Shown one piece after another: positions 54,280-64,000 of a stretch of 64,000 bases of DNA. A program made the position numbers and the translations under genes. The DNA is from Eledone cirrhosa. Taxonomy: Eukaryota. The stretch is from NCBI GenBank assembly GCA_964016885.1, contig OZ024750.1, positions 35,898,001 to 35,962,000 on the forward strand. The letters are read 5' to 3'. Position 1 is the stretch's first letter, and each line of letters begins with the position of its first letter. The notes beneath the pieces are model-generated. The model ran no database searches. It was given only the letters and a program-made list of their open reading frames with translations, and had not been told where the DNA came from.

Positions 54280-54856
54280 TAATTGTTTCTACTTTTGGCA
54301 CAAAGCCAGCAATTACCCCAGTGTATTACTGGTACTTTATCGACCCCGTAAGGATGAAAGGCATAGTTAACCTCGGCGGGATTTGATAATATATATATAT
54401 AATAATAATAATAATTATTATATATATATTATCAAATCCTCGGCGGGATTTGATAATATATATTATAATAATAATAATTTTTTCTACTTTTGGCACAAGG
54501 CCAGCAATTATCCCAGTGTATTACTGGTACTTTATCGACCCCGTAAGGATGAAAGGCAAAGTTTACCTCGGCGGGATTTGAACTAAGAATGGCAAGGGCC
54601 GTAACTCTTTGCTGCAAAGCATGGCGTCCGACCCTCTACTGATACTACCAATCCACCGCCCTAATAATTGTTTCTACTTTAGGCACAAGGCCAGCAATTA
54701 CCCAGTGCATTACTGGTACTTTATTTTATCGACCCCGTAAGGATGAAAGGCAAAGTCAACCTCGGTGGGATTTGAACTCAGATCGTAAAGGGACGTAACT
54801 ATGCTGGAAAGCATGGCGTCCGACCCTCTACCGATACTGCCAATCCACCACCGCCT
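54280..54856 (-). mobile_element. Three tandem SINE A copies (54280-54385 partial, 54478-54661, 54666-54856)
   Basis: Each has the TTTCTACTTT...GCACAA tail; two end in the CCACCGCC head. Confidence 0.88.
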
Positions 54857-55319
54857 CCCTAATAATAATACTATGGATGAGGTGTTAAATTTTCGTTACA
54901 TTTATTGAGGTGTGATGCATGTTTCGTAATTGATCAGCTGAAGGTTCGATGTATTGATCGGAGCCTCACTCCAGAAAGAATTCTATAAACTTCTGACTGA
55001 GGAATGCTCTCAGAACTGACCAATGGGAAGTTTGACACTTTTTTTGTTATTTTGTTCCTTTAACACCTTGTCCCTTCTGCCATTTTATCAGTTTTTTAAG
55101 CTAACTCCAACAATAACAACACTTAGAATGAGGAATGTTCTAATAACTGACCAATGAGAGGAGAAGAGGACCTTTGACACTGAAATTCGTTTGTTTGAAT
55201 TCATATGATTCCAGTTCCTCAGTGAAATAGCAACCCAACCAGGAACTGGGCATATCAGAGTATTGACAATATTATACACCTCAACAACATATGTACTTGT
55301 CTATACCATACTAATTCAA

Positions 55320-55374
55320 ACTGCCTGAAGAGGTAACAGCCAAAGATGGCTGTCAATGAAATATATATAGCAGT
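55320..55374 (+). ncRNA. Type-I hammerhead ribozyme followed by AATAAA
   Basis: ACTGC-CTGAAGA-(ACAGCCA/TGGCTGT stem II)-GAAA-TATATA-TA^GCAGT-AATAAA. Confidence 0.82.
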
Positions 55375-55538
55375 AATAAACGAAGCGAAATTTTAATCAT
55401 TTGACTTTTTATTTAACTTTATTTTACACTTCTCCGGAGTAACCAAACAAACCTGTGCACTTCGTCGAGTGCTCCAGCCTGCATACTGAGGTGTTGGTAT
55501 ACAACCAACAAAAACTCAAAATCTCTCTATATATATAT

Positions 55539-55835
55539 ATGAGAGGGATAGAATGTAGTGTACGGGAGAGGAGACTGAGGTGGTATGGACATGTGATGCG
55601 CATGGAGGATGACCGATGGGTGAAGAAGTGCCAGGAATTGCCAGTTGAAGGAAGACGTGGTAGAGGTAGACCACGAAAAACATGGGCGGAGGTGGTGAGA
55701 ACAGACCTCAGATCATTGATGCTCACGGTGGAGATGACGAGGGACCGTGACGAGTGAAGAGATGCTGTGCTGAATAAGACCCGTCCCACCCTTTCAAGCA
55801 GGGAAAAGCGGACGTAAAATGATGATGATGATGAT
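55539..55835 (+). mobile_element. RTE LINE 3' fragment
   Basis: RRLRWYGHVMRM...GRGRPRKTW; its last ~50 nt match the SINE B tail. Confidence 0.9.
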
Positions 55836-55846
55836 ATATATATATT

Positions 55847-56012
55847 GCACAGGTATGACCATGGGGTTAAAGAAAGTGCTTCACAACCACAGTTGTTAAG
55901 GTTCAGTCATACTTCACGGCACTCTGGTCAATTATGTCCTATAATAGCCTTAGCTTGACCAATAACTTGAGTGCGAAATTTGACCCAGAAAATGCACAGA
56001 AGCCTTTCACAC
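55847..56012 (+). mobile_element. Old tRNA-derived SINE (family E)
   Basis: Decayed A box (TGACCATGGGGTTAA) and GGTTCAGTC B box, then ATAGCCTTAGCTTGACCAATAACTTG...GAAATTTG. Confidence 0.5.
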
Positions 56013-56084
56013 ACAAACACCCACTCACAAAAACACACACATCCACAAACATAAATACATATATGTGTGAGTCACAGACACACA

Positions 56085-57130
56085 CACATATATATATCTA
56101 TATATATATATCTATATATATATATATCTATATATATATATCTATATATATATATCTATATATATATATCTATATATATATATCTATATATATTATATAT
56201 ATATAATATATATATAGATATATATATATTATATATTATATATATATATTATATATATATTATATATATTATATATATAATATATATATTATATATATTA
56301 TATATAATATATATATATAATATATATATTATATATATAATATATATATTATATATATATTATATATATTATATATATATATTATATATATTATATATAT
56401 CTTATATATATACATATATCTTATATATATTATATATACTCTTTTACTCTTTTACCTGTTTCAGCCATCCGGCTGAGGCCATGCTGGGGCACCGCATGTA
56501 TATATATATATCTTATATATATTATATATATATATTATATATATATATATATATCATATATATATTATATATATATTATATATATATTATATATATATTA
56601 TATATATTATATATATATTATATATATATACATATATATTATATATATACATATATATTATATATATACATATATATATATTATATATAAATTATATATA
56701 TATTATAAATATATTATATATATATTATAAATATATTATATATATATTATAAATATATTATATATATATTATAAATATATTATATATATATTATAAATAT
56801 TATATATATATATATATTATATATATTATATATATATATATTATATATATTATATATATTATATATATTATATATATTATATATATTATATATATTATAT
56901 ATATATTATATATATTATATATATATTATATATATATTATATATATATTATATATATATTATATATATATTATATATATATTATATATATATTATATATT
57001 ATATATATATTATATATTATATATATATTATACATTATATATATATTATATATATATTATATATTATATATATATTATATATTATATATATATTATATAT
57101 TATATATATATTATATATTATATATATATG
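56085..57130. repeat. ~1 kb (TA)n/TATTA low-complexity tract
   Basis: Nearly pure A/T with one ~60-bp GC-richer island at 56437-56496. Confidence 0.95.
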
Positions 57131-57238
57131 TATGAATGTATGTATGTATTATATATTGAATAATACACTGGATGTTTACGAAAAACATTTTGGGGCCCTT
57201 CACTATGGACTTTAAGATTGTGACGATCATCACATACC

Positions 57239-57538
57239 TACTGATGAGTTTTTACCATCCTGAACACTGGCGAGAACTCCAGGATGGGAAAAACTCATCA
57301 GTACTCAACCAACATGCCAAAATAGAACATAGAGATAACAATTATATCCACACACAGAGATAACAATTATATCCACACACAGAAAAAATGCAATGCTCAG
57401 AAAAATCTCAGAGGCAACAAATATAAAGGAACTCCAACCAAAATTAAACACAAAACACGTGGGGAAATTTATAATAAATTGAAGTGAAAACTAACAGGTG
57501 TGTGTGTGTTATATTGGTAACATGACCCTCCCAAATTA

Positions 57539-57542
<4 letters not shown>
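57239..57542 (+). mobile_element. PLE GIY-YIG C-terminal fragment with 5' fold-back
   Basis: SSVLNQHAKIEH...NAMLRKISEATNIKELQPKLN; 24-bp hairpin 57239-57303; tail TGACCCTCCCAAATTATAAC running into (TA)n. Confidence 0.6.
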
Positions 57543-57585
<43 letters not shown>

Positions 57586-58371
57586 AATGTAACTTCCTAT
57601 TACAGTAGGTTCCCAGGGTGATAAATAACAAAACGCGCGTCACTACTCAATAAACATAATGAAGACATAACAAATCGTCCTTTTTATTATTATTATTATT
57701 GTTATATATATATTAGTCACCAGTATATGTATTAGTTGGTGTACAATTGCATAAACTTGATATTCATACGCACATCCCTTTATGACCCTCCACCACCACA
57801 TCTACCACCAGCTCATACATGTTTATATGCTAGCTCTCAATCACCAGTCTTAAAAGAAATATATGCTCCTAGCAATACTATTAAATATATTTTGAGTTAG
57901 TTTTTAAATTCTCCCTATATTAGATGTTTTATACCATTGGCTGTACGTCTGTATCTCGTCTGTATTGTGTCCTTCACTTTGACACTTAACTCTGCTTTTA
58001 TTATAAAACTATTTTATATCCTCCTCCTTAAGACTATAAATCATTTTATTCCAATGAATAAATTCAATTCACCTCAAACTATAAACCAAATAAATTGACT
58101 GGGAAAAATATACCAATTTTTCAGCTTCACATTAAAGCATTCTAGACATTATTTAATAAGCAGAAAATATGAAGTTAATCCCAGCAAAGACCACACAAAC
58201 TGTTGCTAAACTCTGGTTACCATAGTGATATGGAGATGAAAGACAAAGCTCCTCTTAAACAGGTTATTTCTCTCTCTTCACGTACTAAAAAAGCTGGGCA
58301 CAAGCATATATGTGGTTAAAAGGTTTGCTTAATAGCCATGTTGCTCCAGGTTTTGATCAAATTCTTCATCT

Positions 58372-58404
<33 letters not shown>

Positions 58405-58542
58405 GAAAAGTGTAATTTTCTACACAAAACGAAGGTTATAGAGAAAATTGAGGTTGGTAATGGCACATGGAATATATGAGACAGAATACTTTTTTGTGAA
58501 AAAACATATAATTTTATAAGGTAAGGAAATAATAAAGGGTAT

Positions 58543-58593
58543 AAAAAATGACCGGTTTCGATGGGTCTGCAAAAGCCATCTTTTCAAATGTTG
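58543..58593 (-). ncRNA. Hammerhead-like motif (U3-A8 variant) in the left pLTR
   Basis: Reverse complement of 61527-61577. Confidence 0.6.
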
Positions 58594-58960
58594 ATTAATA
58601 TTAAGAAAAATTAATAATACGAAGAGTTAAAATTTGAGATTTGAAAATTCAAGTATAAAATTCATTGTGGGATTTCATAGTAGTTTTCATCTAGGTAGCA
58701 ACAACAGGTTGACTGCTGTGTCCCTTTCTGGTAGTGAATGAGAAGTTATTTGGGGTGTGGGTTATTTTATAAAGGTCAGATTTAGCAATGGCCAACTGGC
58801 CAGCTGCTGGTCAGTGAGGGGGTGGAAGCAATATACATACACATATCTTCCTGTGGTGGGTAGGAGAGTGGAGCGTGATAGAAAGGGATTTAGTGCACTT
58901 ACACCTATATATACACACATACCTTCATCCACACATACATACATATACATATACATACAC

Positions 58961-59009
<49 letters not shown>

Positions 59010-59148
59010 CACACATACATACACACACATACATATACATACACACATACACACACACACACATATATACACATACACACACATATATATATATATATAC
59101 ACACACACACATATATATATACATACACACACATACATCCAGATACAC

Positions 59149-59179
<31 letters not shown>

Positions 59180-59194
59180 CATCTATATATACAC

Positions 59195-59228
<34 letters not shown>

Positions 59229-59430
59229 CCACACATACATACACACACACACACATATATATACATACACACATACAAACATACACACACACACACATAT
59301 ATATACACATACACACACATATATATACACACACACACACATATATATATATATACACATACGCATACATCCAGATACACACATACATACACACACACAC
59401 ACACGCACACACAATACATACATCCACATG

Positions 59431-59462
<32 letters not shown>

Positions 59463-59810
59463 TACATACACCCACACACAGAGAAATGGCCTCCAAATAT
59501 ATATATATATACATACATACACATATATTTTTTCCATAATATAAGAAGTTGGGACAGTGAAATTAAAATACAAGTCATTCTGATCACATTGAGTTCTTCA
59601 TGTAGATTGGGCCCCGCAACCGACAGTGGTGAATTCTGAGTGCGCATATATATATAGATATATATGTGTGCACGTGCAGGGTTTAACATGGATGTGTTGG
59701 TCACACAAAGGCATGGTCTGTCAACGAATAAACCTGATTCTACAGAATTGGTCTCTGGTCTTTAATAGTAGTGATTCCGTGCGTATGTGTGTTTATATTT
59801 TATGACAATT

Positions 59811-60530
59811 CTATTGGGGTGATAACCCGTTTAGTTTTGGTTTAAATTTGTTAAGGAATAGATTTTCTTTGTTTATTCTTTGTTGCTGTGTGAACGAATC
59901 TGAGCACTTGTAGAAGGGGAAGATTTTAAAGTTGGGTAGTGTCATTCCTGCGCAGTTCGCAATATGGCTGCTCAAGGGGATTTTTCTTGTGTTAGCATCC
60001 CGGATTTGTTGGCGGTGGATGGTCATTCTTTTGCGTAATGAGGTGCCCATCTGTCCTATGTAGTTGTGTTTGCACCCACCACAAGTTATTGCGTAAATCA
60101 AGTTCTCCGAGTTGCAGGTGAAATTGTTTTTTACTGTAAATGTTTGGCCATCTTTGAATGTAAATGTTTGTCCTTCAGTGAGGTAGAGGCACGTTCCACA
60201 GTTTGTTCTACCACATTTGGTAACTGTAGGGTTGAGGATTGGTTTGGGTATATTTGGTCCAGTGAGAATGCGTTTAAGTGATTTGGGTTGTCTTTTACTT
60301 TTAAGGATCTTGTGTGTTTCAAGAATAGACTTCATTTTTACATCTTTAAGTAGGATGGGGAGGTTTTTGTGTAGGTGATCAAACATTTCGGTATTTCTGG
60401 GGTTGAAAGTGGATACATATGGCAGGGTGTTGAGTGTGGTTTTCTGTTTTGGATTGTTAAGTTGATGGGGATTTAGGTGTTTTGCCCTGTCTATTCCATT
60501 GTTGATTATTTCAAGTGGAAAGGCTCTTAA
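59811..60530 (-). CDS. PLE polyprotein C-terminus: RT thumb end, Cys-rich linker and GIY-YIG endonuclease (5'-truncated, no native start)
   Basis: Frame stays open upstream of the listed ATG: RAFPLEII..LPYVSTFNP..KCGRTNCGTC..FTCNSENLIYAITCGGC..YIGQ..LRKRMTIH..H..KE..PKLN. Confidence 0.85.
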   Translation of the reverse strand, partial: LRAFPLEIINNGIDRAKHLNPHQLNNPKQKTTLNTLPYVSTFNPRNTEMFDHLHKNLPILLKDVKMKSILETHKILKSKRQPKSLKRILTGPNIPKPILNPTVTKCGRTNCGTCLYLTEGQTFTFKDGQTFTVKNNFTCNSENLIYAITCGGCKHNYIGQMGTSLRKRMTIHRQQIRDANTRKIPLSSHIANCAGMTLPNFKIFPFYKCSDSFTQQQRINKENLFLNKFKPKLNGLSPQ

Positions 60531-61042
60531 GCTGTAGAATCAGGTTTATTCGTTGACAGACCATGCCTTTGTGTGACCAACACATCCATGTTAAACCCTG
60601 CACGTGCACACACATATATCTATATATATATGCGCACACAGAATTCACCACTGTCGGTTGCGGGGCCCAAGCTACATGAAGAACTCAATGTGATTAGAAT
60701 GACTTGTATTTTAATTTCACTGTCCCTACTTCTTATATTATGGAAAAAATATATGTGTATGTATGTATATATATATATATATTTGGAGGCCATTTCTCTG
60801 CGTGTGGGTGTATGTATGTGTATATGTGTGTGTGTGTGTATGTGTGTGCATGTGGATGTATGTATTGTGTGTGTGTGTGTGTATGTATGTGTGTATCTGG
60901 ATGTATGCGTATGTGTATATATATATATGTGTGTGTGTGTGTGTATATATATGTGTGTATGTGTATATATATGTGTGTGTGTGTGTGTATGTTTGTATGT
61001 GTGTATGTATATATATGTGTGTGTGTGTGTATGTATGTGTGG

Positions 61043-61110
<68 letters not shown>

Positions 61111-61526
61111 ATATATATATGTGTGTGTGTGTGTGTATGTATGTGTGTATCTGGATGTATGTGTATGTATATGTATATGTATGTATGTGTGGATGAAGGT
61201 ATGTGTGTATATATAGGTGTAAGTGCACTAAATCCCTTTCTATCACGCTCCACTCTCCTACCCACCACAGGAAGATATGTGTATGTATATTGCTTCCACC
61301 CCCTCACTGACCAGCAGCTGGCCAGTTGGCCATTGCTAAATCTGACCTTTATAAAATAACCAACACCCAAATAACTTCTCATTCACTACCAGAAAGGGAC
61401 ACAGCAGTCAACCTGTTGTTGCTACCTAGATGAAAACTACTATGAAATCCCACAATGAATTTTATACTTGAATTTTCAAATCTCAAATTTTAACTCTTCG
61501 TATTATTAATTTTTCTTAATATTAAT

Positions 61527-61577
61527 CAACATTTGAAAAGATGGCTTTTGCAGACCCATCGAAACCGGTCATTTTTT
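61527..61577 (+). ncRNA. Hammerhead-like motif (U3-A8 variant) in the right pLTR
   Basis: TTGAAAA-GATGG(loop)CCATC-GAAA-CCGG-TC^; stem I is weak. Confidence 0.6.
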
Positions 61578-61671
61578 ATACCCTTTATTATTTCCTTACC
61601 TTATAAAATTATGTTTTTTCACAAAAAGTATTCTGTCTCTTATATATTCCATGTGCCATTACCAACCTCAA

Positions 61672-62480
<809 letters not shown>

Positions 62481-62613
62481 GTCTAGAGGTGGAAGATAAT
62501 TGTGTCTGTAAGCAGTATGCCAGGTGAGCACTCGATGCTCTTGCAGAGCAGAGTATTAATAGTATAAGAATAAAGGAACCAAGAATCAGTAGTGCATCAT
62601 AACATATTTAATA

Positions 62614-62728
62614 ACATATTACATATGTTTCACTGTCGATCAGCTCGAGGAACCATCTATTATTGATTGAACCTGACTCTGGAATCGAATATGATATGCT
62701 TCAATATGTAAGCTCCTCTCAGATATAT
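62614..62728 (-). ncRNA. Degenerate hammerhead with long stem II
   Basis: Minus: ATAT-CTGAGAGGA (2-nt insertion)...GAAA-CATATG-TA^ATATGT; homologous to 34655-34743. Confidence 0.5.
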
Positions 62729-62952
62729 ATATATATAGATATTAATAATAATTGTTTCTACTTTTGGCACAAGGCTAGCAATTACCCCAGTGCATTACTG
62801 GTACTTTATTTTATTGACCCCTAATAATAGAGAGGGTCGCAGCCCTATGACTGAACTCTTGCCGTTTCAACAGCTAATCCCAGACTCTAATATACTCACT
62901 CTCTACTGTATATACATCATAACATATTTAATAAATATTTTCCATTTTTTAC

Positions 62953-62983
<31 letters not shown>

Positions 62984-62987
<4 letters not shown>

Positions 62988-63084
62988 GTTGAGTAATAAT
63001 TCAAGAGCACTTTTTTTTAATTTAAAAATGCACAGACCAAAATACTTGAGCAAAAAAATGCTCATGAATTATTACTCAACCTTA
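62984..63084. mobile_element. ~100-bp mariner-like MITE
   Basis: TIRs AGGTTGAGTAATAATTCA(A/T)GAGCA; TA flanks. Confidence 0.75.
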
Positions 63085-63329
63085 TATATATATATATATC
63101 ATCATCATTCTACGTTCGCTTTTCCCTGTTTGCAAGGGTTGGACGGGTCCTATTCAGCACAGCATCTCTCCACTTGTCACGGTCCTTCGTCATCCCACCC
63201 ACCCCCACATAACCCATCACACTTCATACCCCACACCCTGTACAGTGACAAGTTCCCTTGGATACCTTCATTGATGCCCGCCATAGCATAGTAAACCAAT
63301 TTGACTTCTGCCACCACTCCAAATGGAGT

Positions 63330-64000
63330 AACATCATTTGGGGTGAACTCCTCGCTCTCTGCTCCCTCCGTAACCACAATGACATCATCAAACTGGTGGA
63401 CAAGGACGGTGCCGTGGTGAATCGTGCACAGACCTTTACATAGCTGAGGATATCAGGCAGTCCGCAACCCCCTCTTCTACTGCCTCTTACTCTCTTACCC
63501 TCTGATCCCCCCCCCCACTACCAGCAACAAGTTTCCTCCACCATCCAACACCTCGTCTCCTCCTCCCTTTTACATCCAACTGCCTCCAACCTCATCGTCC
63601 ATGCCCCTACAATCTACTTCCTCCCCAAATTTCACAAACCCGACACCCCCGGCTGCCCCCATCGTCTCCGCCTGCCACTGCCCCCATCGTCTCCGCCTGC
63701 CACTGCCCTACCGATCTAATCTCTGCTTTCTTTGACTCCATCCCCCACCTCCCTTGTTACAGCTCTCACATTTCTGACACCAACCACACGCCCCCCCCCC
63801 ACCTTTCCACCTGGCCCACCTGCCCTCTTCACCCATGACATAAAATCCCTTTACACTGTCATCTCCCATGGTGATGGCCTACGTGCCCTCCAACACTACC
63901 ATGACCTTCGCCCCTCCCCCTTCCCCTGCACCTCCACGCTCCTCCGCCTTGCCTAGCTGATCCTCACTCTTAACTGCTTCTCTTTCTCAGGTGAATTTTA
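63330..64000 (+). mobile_element. Degraded PLE reverse transcriptase fragment, running off the right edge
   Basis: IIKLVDKDGAVV (~IKPADKG), IYFLPKFHKPDTPG, IVSACHCPT, LFTHDIKSLYTVI, LILTLNCFSFSG. Confidence 0.8.

Noticed and set aside
57241-57262. CTGATGA in the 57239 hairpin as a hammerhead
   Set aside because: No properly placed GAAA, stem III or stem I; it is the inverse of coding sequence
58757-61382. Long His/Thr/Tyr/Ile and Cys/Val ORFs
   Set aside because: (CA)n/(TA)n tracts inside the pLTR arms

Overview
AT-rich, repeat-saturated eukaryotic DNA with no recognisable host protein-coding gene. The SINE and RTE repertoire resembles octopus (coleoid cephalopod) genomes; this is recalled similarity, not a database result. 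Contents: a >10.8 kb 16-bp satellite with higher-order duplications, several other minisatellites (18, 26, 40, 47 bp), many tRNA-derived SINEs, a near-full-length but disrupted RTE LINE with a PHD-like finger inside its RT, a CRE-clade RT fragment, two DD37D (maT) Tc1/mariner copies, two Helitron-like elements and several MITEs. The most notable signal is a dispersed set of Penelope-like (PLE) remnants carrying type-I hammerhead ribozyme motifs, mostly in or next to (TA)n. Several are fold-back structures with outward-pointing arms, from a 3.3 kb element (1.15-1.3 kb arms around a GIY-YIG fragment) down to 117-273 bp palindromes with a hammerhead core on both strands. Ribozyme calls rest on manual base-pairing. 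Coordinates of degenerate repeats are approximate.
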